Shown here one piece after another: positions 1 through 29,542 of a stretch of 64,000 nucleotides of DNA. Source of the DNA: the human T2T-CHM13v2.0 reference genome, Homo sapiens. Positions within the stretch are counted from its first letter, which is position 1. The number at the start of each line of letters is the position of its first letter. The translations under genes and the position numbers were made by a program. The DNA is taken from the NCBI RefSeq assembly GCF_009914755.1, contig NC_060931.1. One strand, 5' to 3'. The notes under the pieces are model-generated. The model saw only the letters and a program-made list of their open reading frames with translations, did no database searches and was not told the DNA's origin.

Positions 1-339
1 CAAAATACAGACTCATACTCACATGGTTAGTCAGCATGGACCATATGATGGTTTGCAATTTAACACAATCCTTTATTTTGCTGAACTCTAATTGGCAGGA
101 AAATCTGACAGCCATAAAGTAAAGCACGTTAGAAAAGCACAGTCCAGGTGCAGTGGCTCATGTCTGTAATCTTAGCACTCTGGGAGGCTGAGGTGGGAGG
201 ACTGCTTCAGCCCAGGAGTTCGAGACCAGCCTGGGCAACACAGAAAGACCCCCATCTCTAAAAAAAATTTTTTATTTTTTAAAAAAGCACATCTTTTGGA
301 CATATAGAAAATTAAGTTGGCAGACTAGGTCATATACCT

Positions 340-552
340 GGTAGGTAGCCTGGGGTCCAATGAACCAGCCACTGACCAGATACGCGACCTCAGCAAGTTA
401 CTGCCTTTGTACCTCAGTCTCCTCATCTATAAAACGGAAATAACAAGCACGGGCCTCACAGTGCTGTCATGATGATTATAGGAGTTAATATTACATTTAT
501 AATGTGCTTAGAACTGTGCCTGGCATATAGCAGGTACAGTGTTCAGTAAATA
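340..552 (+). mobile_element. MIR
   Basis: CCTCAGTCTCCTCATCTATAAAACGG core and GTGCTTAGAACTGTGCCTGGCATATAG 3' end. Confidence 0.8.
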
Positions 553-782
553 AAATCTCCTCTTGTTTCTTTGCTATTTTTGTGGAAGAATTTTAATCTC
601 TTTAAAGTGAGTCTAACCTGTAACTAAAAGATAAGTGATTTTGGTCAATTATAACTGCTGTGGCTCAGCTCAGCTCTTTCCCTACTGTGGTATGAATTCT
701 TTTATCCAGATCTTAGGAATATATTTGTAATATTGTTGTGAATTAGTAACATTTCAAAAATGTTTCAGAAATTTTTTTCTGA

Positions 783-1175
<393 letters not shown>

Positions 1176-1711
1176 TAGTTTTTAAAAATTGCATGATCCA
1201 TAAGCATTCTATCAATGATTAAAGGAAATCTATGATTTTCTAGGTTCCCTGATAGTGAGGAGATAAAATATTCTGTTTTGTGCCCAATTTCAGAAACTGG
1301 CCCAAACAATAAATGATTCAAAATGCAATGGCTGACTAAACTACAACAAAATAACATAGCCTAAATTTACATAATGGTGAGCTCTAAAAAGCTCAAAGCA
1401 AATTTATAAACTCCCCAAAGAAAGTCTTATTTCCTGAGAAGTCAATGAGAACATCCTTTATTTTTCTCTGCTTTAAGGATGAAAAAACTGACTCAAAGGT
1501 TCTTCTAAAGATTTTGGCAAAACATTTTCCCCTTACCATTTCTGTTTTCCCTTTCACCTTTTCAATATTTTCTGAGTTATAAAAATAAACCTTGCTTGAT
1601 TTAGGAACAAAACTGGAAGTTTATGAAAATGTCAGATTCCTTTTTTAAATGGGCACTGCTGGGTAGCTGTGCTGCCTTGAACTGAACTGTGTACAGGTAA
1701 TGAAGGATTAA

Positions 1712-1776
1712 CCTTTATCACGTGTGATAAAGGATTTAACTTTATCACACGTGATAAAGTCACATGAGTGACTTTA
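1712..1776. repeat. Three adjacent short palindromes
   Basis: CCTTTATCAC-GT-GTGATAAAGG; ACTTTATCAC-AC-GTGATAAAGT; TAAAGTCAC-ATGA-GTGACTTTA. Confidence 0.9.
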
Positions 1777-1854
1777 GGTACACCCACTGACAATCTGTTG
1801 AGTGGCATGAATTTGACCCCATGACCTATTATTTAACAATTAAACAGTGGGAGC

Positions 1855-2353
<499 letters not shown>

Positions 2354-2489
2354 TTAATGCACCTTAAACCCAGACACTTAGCTAGCTGGTAGTAAAGAAG
2401 TGCTTTTTCTTTGGAGAAAAGGATACCAAATCCCTCACAAGATTATCCCAATTGAAGCAAGCAACTGTATGACACAAGAGATCTTCTAC

Positions 2490-2981
2490 TGTCTGGGTAA
2501 GGGCCAAATTGCAAAAACTTTAGGCCTTGTGGGCCAAACGTCTCTGCTGCAGCCACTCAGCCCTGCTACTGTATCCTGAATGTAACCCCAGACAGGAACA
2601 AATGGGCACAGCTGTGTTCCAATAAAACTTTCCTGGCCGGCACAAAGGCTCACGCCTGTAATCCCAGCACTTTGGGAGGCCGAGGCGGACGGATCATGAG
2701 GTCAAGAGATCGAGACCATCCTGGCCAATATGGTGAAACCCCATCTCTACTAAAAATACAAAAAAATCAGCTGGGTGTGGTGGGTACCTGTAGTCCCAGC
2801 TATAGGGAGGCTGAGGCAAGAGAATCACTTGAACCCGGTAGGTGGAGGTTGCAGTGAGCTGAGATCGCGCCACTGGCACTCCAGCCTGACGACAGAGCAA
2901 GACTCCGTTCCAAAAAACAAACAAACAACTTTCTTTACAAGCAGGCCCTGGTCATCCCTGGCTGTAGTTTGCTCACCCCTG
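2490..2981 (+). mobile_element. MER58-like hAT-Charlie MITE interrupted by an Alu (2634-2927)
   Basis: AAGGGCCAAAT...TTTAGGCCTTGTGGGCCA...GCTGTGTTCCAATAAAACTTT | Alu | ...CTGTAGTTTGCTCACCCCTG. Confidence 0.75.
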
Positions 2982-3388
2982 CAGTTAAGGTACATCTGGT
3001 AAAGGTGATATTTTAGCAAAATGAAATTGAAAGGTTTCAAATTATATGTTAACTCTTATCTTCAAGTCATTGAGAACATTCAGCATGAAAACAACTAGAA
3101 TTTGGTATTTCTCTTTAAATCATCAATATTTTTCTATCACTTTCAAATATACTTGAAGAAAGAGCAAGGACACATTTTCTGAATCATCTATCTAATAGAA
3201 TAGATTCTATTCATAAAGGACCTTTTATTTTAAGGAGGAAAATCAAGAAATGAGTTCTCTGGTGGGGGTAAAATGTAGGTCTGACAGATTTGCCGATCAT
3301 TTAAATCCATCATTATTTCCTAAATTTTAGATACTAACTTGCAAATTTTGCATATGTATATTAAAGTGTATCTTCTTCCTAAGAAGTA

Positions 3389-3685
<297 letters not shown>

Positions 3686-4060
3686 AAGTGAACTATATTA
3701 TTTTTCAGAGACTCAGAGAGGCTCTCCCATTGCTTGGCATTTCTACTTTTCATTTCCTGGTGATTTCCAATGGCAAAACTTTTACATCTTCCATGAGGCT
3801 GAGGCAGGAGGGCTGCTTGAGCCCAGGAGTTCAAGACCAGCCTAGGCAACATAGCGAGACCCTGTCTTTAAAGACACAAAAAAATTTACATCCGCAATAA
3901 AGAGGACAACCAGCCTAACATGGAAGAGAACAATAAGAGGACTTGACAAAACCCTTACAGAAAGAATCCTTCATGAACGGCCATCAAGAGATACAATAAA
4001 AACACCTAGCAGAATTTGACTCTCAAGAACTTCAAGCAATGGAACTGCTTTATAAATGAC

Positions 4061-5395
<1,335 letters not shown>

Positions 5396-5419
5396 GCAGA
5401 GCATCCCCACAGACAGCCG

Positions 5420-6183
5420 AGTGTGTAGCTGCGTTGCCTCCTTGTCTCCCAGTGATAACCCAGGCGATGTTACAAAAATGAGTAACTACAAGAGAAACTG
5501 CTAACAAAACTGAAGACACAGAAATGAAATGGGAAAAGTAGCAACACTGAGTCAAACGTAGATGGAATTAGAGAAGAAACAGCTGACTGGAAATGCTGAC
5601 ACTGTTGGCCTTTGTGGCACTGGATGAACGGCCACAGGAACTGAGTGAGGCCAAAACTTACCAACATAATTGAGCCAAGTGGCTGTGATGAAAAGGATGA
5701 AGATGTTTCAGGGAAAGCGATGCCAGCAAAACAACAACAACAACAACAACAACAAAACAAAACAAAACTTCACCTTAAAGGAACTCTTGAAGATACTTCA
5801 CAACATTGTAATTGCAAGGATGAAATGTTGGAAGCTGATCCAAATTTGGCAAGGAGTATGGCAATTTGCTAAAGCATAGAAAAGATGCTCGCCCTATCCT
5901 AAGCCATGAGAAGAAGGTGGTAAGCCCTATTTACACCACTCCTGGTAGGATTTTTACAAATAAAAACTCTAATTCCCAATGTTTCTAATGCTTTAAAGTG
6001 TACAAATATTAGTTTTACTATTTTTTAATTTCCCTATACATTTATAACTGACAGTGAGTGCGTTTTTAACAAACATTTTTAAAGGTCATAGAACAACGTA
6101 ATTTTGCAGTATCAAAATGACTTTGTGTGGTTTCAGCTTGCACATTTTTATGATGCCATTACCATGCAAAACAGGGCTGCCTG
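5420..6183 (+). mobile_element. TcMar-Tigger DNA transposon relic (Tigger6-like)
   Basis: Degenerate acidic transposase C-terminus (GCDEKDEDV...MLEADPNL in ORF 5645..5872); TIR-like end ...GGGCTGCCTG. Confidence 0.6.
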
Positions 6184-6228
6184 TTTTTAAAATTAGTGAG
6201 TTAAATGTACCACTTAAGAAATTAGAAA

Positions 6229-6879
<651 letters not shown>

Positions 6880-7019
6880 GAAATGAGAAAAAGAATAAAA
6901 GAGTCATTTCAAAGATACATGAAAGAGAGTAAAGGAGAGACCAATGAAATAGAAAACAAAGACACAATGGAGAGACTTGAACAACTGGTTCATGAATAAT
7001 CAAGAAAAATATATATTCT

Positions 7020-7342
<323 letters not shown>

Positions 7343-8325
7343 TTATATATTCTTTTATTACTTACTTTATGAGAAGAATGTCAATGAAGAAAATTGTCAC
7401 TGTTTTTAAATTCTGAAATATTTGCGAATGTGTGAAGTAGAAAGAGAGAGGCATCCTTCTAGTCTTTGATACAGAAGCCACAAGGCACATCATCTCATTT
7501 CATCTAATGACCTGGAAGGCGTGGCTGTCACCTCCATGGTGAGTAAATAACCCACTGCCGAAGGTGAAGTGTTGCCCGGGGTCACACAAGTTAACAGCAG
7601 GAATGTGGCAACGTCACCACTCCCGAGCATCTCTTAGGTGCCAGGTGGCATGCTATCCAGCAGTCTCAGGGGAAAGTGAGATGTGGCCTGGCCTTACTGT
7701 CCTGGGTCACAGGATCTTTCCCGGACTCGCCTGGGCGGGGTGAGCTCTGCAACCCAGGCAGCACCCATGTCCCTACCATCCCTGGAGGGGTAACCACCCC
7801 CACAGTCCATGCTCTGCCTAGCTTGGCTGCAAAACCCCTTGCTGGGGACATGTGACCCAATGTGGTTGCCCATGGAGGTTATCTCTTAGGCCCATGTAGA
7901 AAAAGGTGACAGCTACGTTTACCCTTAGGGCCTATCAGCCACCCTGAGGAAAAACACTGCACTCTGCAACCCCTGAGGAAGAAGTCACCCAGGAGGCTAC
8001 TGAGGATGAAATGAGACAACAGAAGTGCCCGGCACGCGGTGGACACATCCGGAGACCCGTGTTTCTGTATGGAAGCACGTGGCGCAAGGGCAGGGAAATA
8101 CTTCTAAGACGGCACAAGAGCGGAGCAATACTTCTAAGAAGAGCCACGCCCACGCTACGCCTCTGTGATTTCCACTATCCTTACCCCGTAACTCCTGGCG
8201 TTTATGGTTGGAACCCCAGTGAAACCACCATTTCCAAGGGGACTGTGACCGCTAATCATGACACCTGCCAGCCATTCAGACACTAACGATAACCTCTCAT
8301 CCCCTTCTTGAAAAGTCCCCTGTCA

Positions 8326-8862
8326 GCCTGGGTGCAGTGGTTCACACCTGTAATCCCAGCACTTTGGGAGGCCGAGGCAGGTGGATTACCTTAAGTCAGG
8401 AGTTCAAGACTAGCCTGGCCAGCATGGTGAAACCCCATCTCTACTACAAAAAAAAAAAATACGGCCGGGGATGGTGGCTCACGCCTGTAATCCCAGCACT
8501 TTGGGAGGCCGATGGGAAGTTTTTGTTTGTTTGTTTGTTTTCTGACATGGAGTCTCACCTCAGGGCGGATCACCTGAGGTTGGGAGTTCGAGACCAGCCT
8601 GACCAACATGGAGAAACCCCATCTCTACTGAAAGTACAAAAATTAGCCAGGCATGGTGGCACATGCCTGTAATCCCAGCTACTCGGGAGACTAAGGCAGG
8701 AGAATCGCCAGGCATGGTGGTGTATGCATATGTCCCATCTACAAGGGAGGCTGAGGTAGGAGGATGGCTTGAGCCCAGAAGATCGAGGCTGCAATGAGCC
8801 ATGATGGCACAGCCCGGGTTTCAAGGTAAGACCCTGCCTCAAAAAGGGGGAAAAAAAAAAAA
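8326..8862 (+). mobile_element. Composite nested Alu with a short inverted Alu-tail fragment
   Basis: Left arm, second Alu, inverted (TTTG)n-GACATGGAGTCTCAC at ~8514-8560, then an AluJ-like right arm. Confidence 0.8.
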
Positions 8863-9110
8863 GAACATACTGACTGGAAAACAAGGCTAGAAAGAAAGAC
8901 AAGGATGATAAAGCGTCTGCCTTAGAGTGCTCACATCTCGGGTGATGGTTTTTAATTTTCTCTATTCCCCTTGTTTTCAACCACGAGTCAGTGGCTGCTG
9001 ACCAGACCATTCAGGTACCTTGGCAGCGAGAAAGATGAGCAGGGGAAATGCACCAGAGTCCATGGTTACAAGATATCCAAAGGCTTAAAAAAAAAAACAA
9101 AACAGCAGAA

Positions 9111-9902
<792 letters not shown>

Positions 9903-10189
9903 TGAAGTCTGAAGTATATGCATGCTGGTAAAACCACACACCAGCCCACGAGGGAGAAAAACATCACTCCACTCAGACACACAAAAAACGCGGAAGCACC
10001 ATGTACACCCAGAGCACCGCTAACATTTCTATCAGTCCTGCCCTTTCACTGAAAGTTGTTGAAAACAGACCTTTAATACCAGAGATGCCGACGTGGGGGC
10101 TGTCACCAGGCCATCTCCTAACAGCCACATCCTCTCTGACCTGGTGTTCCTTGGCTCATGCCTGGGGAGCTTTGCTAGCAGCTGGGTCC

Positions 10190-10530
10190 TGGGAGTGTGA
10201 TCTAAATTGGGCCGTGGGGTATAAGGGGCTGTGTGCTGGAGCTTTGGGGCAAAGGTTGTCAGCACACCTGAGAAGAAATTCCCCTTCCTGCCTTTGGAGA
10301 CAATGGGGAGAGAGAGGATGTGATGGTTGGAGAGGCAGTGGCAGCCATCCTGGCACCATGAGGAAATGAGTATGAGGATGAGAAGACAGAGAGAAGGAAC
10401 CTGGGTCCCTAGTGATGATAAACTGACAACCTGCTGCTCCTCATGTGGAATAATAAAGATGCTGATTGCTTAACTCACTGTTCATTGGGTATTTTATTTT
10501 TTACTTTTAGGCAAAAGCATCCTACATTAT
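10190..10530 (+). mobile_element. Old MLT1 (J/K/L-like) LTR relic
   Basis: GGCAGCCATCCTGGCACCATGAGG...AAGGAACCTGGGTCCCT...AATAAA...AAAAGCATCCTA. Confidence 0.6.
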
Positions 10531-11095
10531 TCACACAGCAGTGAGTGAGCCGATGCCAGGAGAGAGCTAAGTGTAAGTATCCACTGCTAGACATCAGAAA
10601 TGGCACCGCTGTCACAGAGGCCGACCCTCGAGGCGCACAGAATGAACGTTTTGAAATGATTCATGATTTTCATGTATGTGATAACACCCCTTCGAGTTTT
10701 CTCATATGAGAGTTATAAAGTTTCATGATGAAGTTGTGAATACCAAATACCAAAACGGAGTAACTAGACAATAAAATCTTCTTGGAAGATGAGAAAAATA
10801 CAATCTATCTTTGGTCTTTTTTTTTTTTCTATGAATTGTCCACGACTCTTCCATACAGGGAATTTAAACAGATACGGGGTGCCTTTTTAGTCTGAACTGT
10901 ATCAATAAAAGAAAAATGGAGCCAGTCAAGGAAGTAACTCCTCCTGAGATAGCATTGTACCATGGAATTGTTCGAAACGAGAAGAAAAACCAGTAACTAC
11001 ATGAGATAGCAAGTATTAAGCAAAAGGACAGCTTGAAACTAAATAAAACAGAAAGTTATTTCTGTTCCCTCTGAATAAAATACATACGCACAAGT

Positions 11096-11398
<303 letters not shown>

Positions 11399-12055
11399 AC
11401 CCCATAGATATATACATGCACATGAAAGAAATTTCACCATCACAAAATACTTTCCTCACTGAAATGAAAGTTCTAAGCCTGTGTTGTTTATACCAACATC
11501 GTTGCTGTGGAAATAGCTGTTTCAACGTTAGGAACTCACGACTGACTCAAGTAAGGTGTGGAGCAGAAGTCTTATTTAAACAGTGGCAGGACCCATAAAA
11601 CATTAAAAAGGCAAACTGGGTGTGGTGAGTCAGAGCACCATATGTTTTAATGTAAGGGTCACACATGTTTTCTTTCTGATGCATGACACCAATAGGATGT
11701 TTCTTTTTATTCATGCTATTTTTGGAACCCTATAATCATCTCAACGACTCCCCCAAATATCCTAGGTTTTGCTGTCTGCTTCTGTCTACATCCGGCAGCC
11801 TCCGTATTTTATTAAATTCATTGTGCTTAGAACAGAGTTACTACAGTTCAGTCCTCGCTGGCACATGCAGGATTATGGCACCAACCAGGGCACAAGCAGG
11901 ATTTTGGAAAACTTCTGCATGTAACTGAGTCTATTAAATATAGCAGTACTGGGCTGGGTGAGGCCGGTCATCCTAGCACTTTGAGAGGCCAAGGCAGGGG
12001 GAATCCTAGAGGCCAAGAGTTCAAGACCAACCTGGCCAACACAGAGAGACCCCCT

Positions 12056-12413
12056 AAAATATATATAAATATATAAATATATTTATATATTTATATATAT
12101 ACACATATATTTATATTATGTATATTATAAATATACATAATATATATATTATAAATATATTTATATTATATATAAATATATATACATACATATTTATATT
12201 ATAAATATACATATTTACATTATAAATACACATATATTTATATTATAAATACACATATATTTATAAATACACATATATTTATATTATAAATATATGTATA
12301 TTAATATTATAAATACATATATATTTATATATGTATATTATATGTATATTTATAATATACATATATTTATATATGTATATTATATATATTTTTATATATA
12401 TAAATAATATTAT
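12056..12413. repeat. Degenerate (TA)n / AT-rich low-complexity tract
   Basis: ~360 bp almost entirely A/T, with recurring ATATTTATATTATAAATAC units. Confidence 0.92.
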
Positions 12414-12768
<355 letters not shown>

Positions 12769-13762
12769 TTATTCACTAACAAGGCATCACTTCCAGCATA
12801 TGGTCTACCGTGTGCCTATGGCTTTATACGGAGACTGTGAGGACCCAGATCGCCTCTGCACCCAACAGCCCAGCTCCTCAACTCCACTGTCAGGCCTCTC
12901 ATTTGTCCCTGTCTTTTATGGGTCAGTTAAGAGCTTCCCAAACAATCCTAAAAACCCTCAGGCCAACCCCATCGAGAAACCATGTGACTTGCCCGCACCT
13001 TCCCTTGGTGATGCCCCCACTCCTCTGCTTCCCCTTCCTACTTCTTAACTGGACATGGATGCACTTTTCTTTAAATACGCACACACTTTACCATGATTTT
13101 CCTCCGGTTAAGCCAGAAATTTTACCCTTTGTACAATAAAACATATTCAACAAGTTTTTTAAATGAGAGTGCTGTGTGGGGCTGTTTTAAAAGCCCACCT
13201 TTCCCTAACCCCCGACAGTGAAGTGTTCTATAAACAGAAGCCCAGATCCCCTCGGCAGCGGGCACTGCCCAGGGTGTAACCGCCCTCTCTGCCTGCACAG
13301 GAGAGCGATTCATACCAGCAGAACCGGAAAAATCACAGCTGAAAGCAACCAGGGAAGAGGCAAGGGCCAAGAGAGCAATGTAAAGGAGTCGGATTTTCTA
13401 CTAGGTGAGTCACAGGAAACACTCTGGCCACAGCCCGAGGCCCCAGGAGGCCCGGCTCGCCCATCAGGAATGTAGGTCAAACTCCCAGCGGGAAGGGTGA
13501 GAGCCCAGGCACCCAGGGCAAAAGCTCAAGTTCCTAGGAGAACAGGGAGGCTGGCCAGAAAACAAGGCCTCCACTCGCCCTCCGGCACCAGTCCCAGCCC
13601 ACCCTACGACTAAGCATCAATTTCCACAGACCGCGGTGAAGTAGAACCACAGCATGCTGGCCCAGATCTCTCCTCTGTTCTGGACTGGGCCATCCCACGC
13701 GTTTCTCTTGGGGTTCACAGGATGACAAGTGGGGTTTATGTATAAAGGGACAGATCGCTCAC

Positions 13763-13849
13763 CCAGTTCAGTTGACACGGGGGACCCAGTGGCAATCTCA
13801 CCGATCTTGGCCACTCCATCGTAGTAGGCTTTTCCTGCCAGGATCATAG
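13763..13849 (-). CDS. BAIAP2L1: BAIAP2L1 coding exon 3, (A)[28 protein letters not shown](G)
   Basis: Acceptor CTTTTGTGTCTAG|CT, donor TGG|GTGAGC; 87 nt, phase 1-1; seen within ORF 13617..13871. Confidence 0.97.
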
Positions 13850-14175
13850 CTAGACACAAAAGGTGACACACAAAATCGTCACTTAGACAAGGAAAGGAGG
13901 AAGCAACACAAGTTTTCTTCCAAACACCCCCTGGTCCCTTCTGGCTGCAGGAAGGTTTGGGCTGTGGCAGGTGTGGCTCTCAGGAGGTAAGACCTGTGTT
14001 GAGAGTGGTGCCGGGGTGGAGGCCCTCCAGCCAAGGGACAGCCCCATGAGATCCTCGTCTCTGACCAGCCCTGGGGAACCTTCAGCAGCAGGTGCTGAAA
14101 GTCCAGAGAAGGCTCAGCTTGCTCCTGATGCCAGTTTCAGAGTGGATGCGTTCCTAACGTTGAACTAGGGCTTTG

Positions 14176-14473
14176 CCTGGGCACGGTGGCTCACACCTGT
14201 AATCCCAGCCCTTTGGGAGGCTGAGGTGGGAGGAGTTTGAGACCAGCCTGGGCAACATGGTAAAACCCCGCCTCTACAAAAAAAAAAAAAAAAAAAACAT
14301 AAATTAGCCAGGCATGGTGGAGTGTGCCTGCAGTCCCAGCTACTTGGGAGGCTGAGGTGAGAGGATCGCTTGAGCCCAGGAGGCGGAGGTTGCAAGTGAG
14401 CCGAGATCATGACACTGCATTCTACTCTGGGTGACACAGCCAGATATTGTCTCAAAAATAAATATAAAAAAAG
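14176..14473 (+). mobile_element. AluJ-like
   Basis: Diverged dimer with an internal deletion. Confidence 0.85.
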
Positions 14474-15215
14474 AAGATACATCCTCTCCAGCCAGAAATC
14501 TTTTCTGAGCTAGTTCTTCTCCAGCACTCCAGGTCTGCAACATTCTTAGTTAGGAGTTGTGTGAGGTGGACTAGGAGCCTGGTCCTTTGATGGCAGTGCT
14601 TAATTTTTCTATTGAAAAAGGCATTTTGAGCCACAACCAACCAACCTATTTGTTGCCAGGAGAGAATATATGAAATTTGAAATATATTATCATTCCAAAA
14701 AGCAACACAATTGTCTGAAAAAATAACTGAATGCTCTACTTTTTCTTTTTTGGCAAAGACAAGAAAACTTTTATTGCTACAAGGTGGGTTCTAATTATCT
14801 TAAAAATAGTACTGCCCCCTTCGAACGGATTCTGAAGACTAAATTATAACTATGTAACCTCCAGGGGCAAATTACTTACCCTTTCTGAAACAAAGGTTGC
14901 TCATCCTTAAAATGCCCTAAGAATGTGAGTGACAGATGAACAAATGGAAGCTGCTAATACACTTTTTTCACTTTACAATCTAGGTTTGAGGGTATTGAAG
15001 ATGTATGATAGAGACCCAGCCTGGTTAGTGTAATTTTGGAGAAAAGCATTTATTTGGAATTTTACTCTAAGATTGGTTTCAGACATAGAAATCAGTTTCT
15101 CCTGGAGCTTTGGAGACCACACAGTTTTGGAGCTAAAAGAGCCCTCGGGAATCCCAGAGGCTATACCAGCTGCAATGCCGCAATGTATAATGGGCAATTG
15201 TTTTAACAAGGTGGA

Positions 15216-15898
<683 letters not shown>

Positions 15899-16009
15899 AG
15901 AATTAATTCATGTGCAGGTCCAGCTGAAGGTATGAAAAGCCAAAACAGTAGTATATTTTTTCTGGCAAATTAATCTACTTTAGGATTTATTGTAGAGTTA
16001 AAAATTTAT

Positions 16010-20631
<4,622 letters not shown>

Positions 20632-21082
20632 CATTCAAGCTAAAAATATTGTTTCTCATGTAACTATCAAAAGTGACACATCGGGGAAAAAAAGATGAAA
20701 AAAGTGATACATCTAAAGACAAGAAATTCTTTTATATACATAAAAGGAGAATAATTTCTGTGCTGTAGGACCCTAACTTATAAATGTCTCATGTACACAT
20801 TTTATATTTGTTAGTTTACCAAGAATTTGGTTTTAAAAGTAGAAAGCACGGTTTTATAGTTAAAAGACATCACTTAGAGTACCCTCACTTTCATTCAATT
20901 GACTTGTTTCAAATACGCTAATATCATTGTGTACTGTCATTGCAAAGTTCTGTAGATTAAATTCATTGTGAACAATTTTTAACCACTTAAAGGTATTTAA
21001 AAATTCAATACTAAGCATTTAAAAATAATTACATATTTACTGAGTGGCTTTATATATAATCAATTCAGAAAAACAGACTTAC

Positions 21083-21158
21083 CGTTTACAGCTTTCTCAT
21101 AATTTTTCCCCAGGTTTATTAAATTTCGCAGCCCAGGATTGAACTGTTCCATAACATT
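21083..21158 (-). CDS. BAIAP2L1: BAIAP2L1 coding exon 2, [25 protein letters not shown] (I-BAR/IMD domain)
   Basis: Acceptor TTTGTTTGGCAG|AAT, donor ACG|GTAAGT; 76 nt; in frame with exons 1 and 3; IRSp53-family motif MEQFNPxLRN. Confidence 0.97.
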
Positions 21159-21687
21159 CTGCCAAACAAACAAAACACACAAATTAATAAAATAAAAAAT
21201 AAACCGAGTCATCTTCAGATTTTGTCACTGTGTGGCCCAGGATAGCTATGGATGCCTAACAGCACAGTCTACAAAGTAATGAATGCTGATGTAAAAATAA
21301 TGAAGCACACCTATTCCCTTACCTGATGGAACAGGGCTCACAGGTGGCAAGGTGCCCGTAACCCTGGCAGTTCTCAGTTGCCCAAGAGGCTGCCTGGAAT
21401 CTGCTATAAGCGGAGCAGGCAGCAGTCATTCATGTCTCTACCATACCCTGCAGGGACTGTAGGCCTGGCATCCTCTTGGGTTTGAGTGGATTGCTAATGG
21501 TTCTCATTGTAGTGTTAAGGAACGCCTGTGGAGGATCAGCTACCTGTACTTACTTACAAAGGCAATGTTTCAAATAGATTTCGATGAATTTCTATCCACT
21601 GAATAGAAATTTCCAGGAGATTTTGTTTTTACTCTGCCTAATTATAGGGGTGTGGGCGGGGAGGGACGTGGAAGGGGGCATTGGTAG

Positions 21688-22110
<423 letters not shown>

Positions 22111-23427
22111 TAACTACCATGGGCCAGACCCTGTGCACACAGCTAAGGATTAGAAGGCACAGTTTCCCTCTCATGGATTTCATGGTGCAGCCAGTGTCCA
22201 GGTTTCATTTCAACACGTGTTATTCCTGTATCAGCAGAAAGTCATAAAGACAAATGCTAGGACAAGTATAAGACAAATAACTATTTAGGACGTGGGTCTA
22301 AATTTTAAAATACCCTAACTTTGAAGTACAGACAATAAGTCATTCCTACGGTACTCAGACTTCACGACTCACAACACGTGGCGATTGTTATGTGTTTGTT
22401 CCATCTAGGAACAATAAGCTTCATGATATTAATCACCCCAAAGAGACCATTCAAGTCTCACCGACCCCTTCCCCAAATGCATGCTCCATTTATATAGACG
22501 ACCAGATGCAAAAAAGAATGAACAACTACCCAACATTCAAAGAGGCAGGTGCTTTACACACATACCCTTCAGAATAAATGAATCAGGAGGAGAGAGAGAA
22601 TAGGACGACTCTTGTTTTTAATCAAACTGTGATAACAATGAAAAACAACCCATGCCTCGACCTTTCCATAGCCCTGGTCTTATGCCCGAGAGCACTTTCA
22701 ACTATGCTCCTATTTTTGTATTTATTGCTGCAGTTTTGAATATTCTTTTTTTTTTTTAAATATTCTTGATTTCTTGATTTTGGGGAGTAACTGCAGCTTC
22801 CTACGACAGCAGATGAGGCCTCAGGTCTCTATACCTCTCACTCTTCCTTTCCAATGGACTTTCTATGCAATTAGATGGCAATTTGCTGATGAAACTATAG
22901 TCAGTGTTCATTATGACTTTGTACTAAGGCTGATGGTTCCCTTTCTCAGTAAAGCCTGGCTGTTTTTCCTGGGATGGACAATTGTTTCTTTCCGCCCCGC
23001 CACCTTTGCTTAGTTTTCTGTTTATCTACCTTAAACTTGTCCCCATGCTGTATTAGACTTGGCTGAGGCCTATCAGTGTTATTTTTCAAATGTACAAAAC
23101 TCTCAGCTAATCTCCTGTTCCGTTTTTCCCTTGACTTCCTCTAAGGACTCTCCACCATCTTGCTCAGTGTGGCTTGACTGTCACGATTGCCCTAGCATGG
23201 CCCTCCTGGTGGCCTGTGGCAGCGCTCTTGTCAGCCAGGTAGGTCCACGTCTTCCTATTTCTCCAAAATGGAGATCACATTCCAAAAATGATCTAAGAAC
23301 TAATGCGTGAGAGGTAAATCTGAGTCCCCGTGTGTCTGAAATTATCTTTACCTTGACGTTTGCTATTTTGCTGAGTAGAGCAGAGTAGATTGAAACTATT
23401 TTCCTTAGAATTTTTAAGACATCACTT

Positions 23428-29542
<6,115 letters not shown>

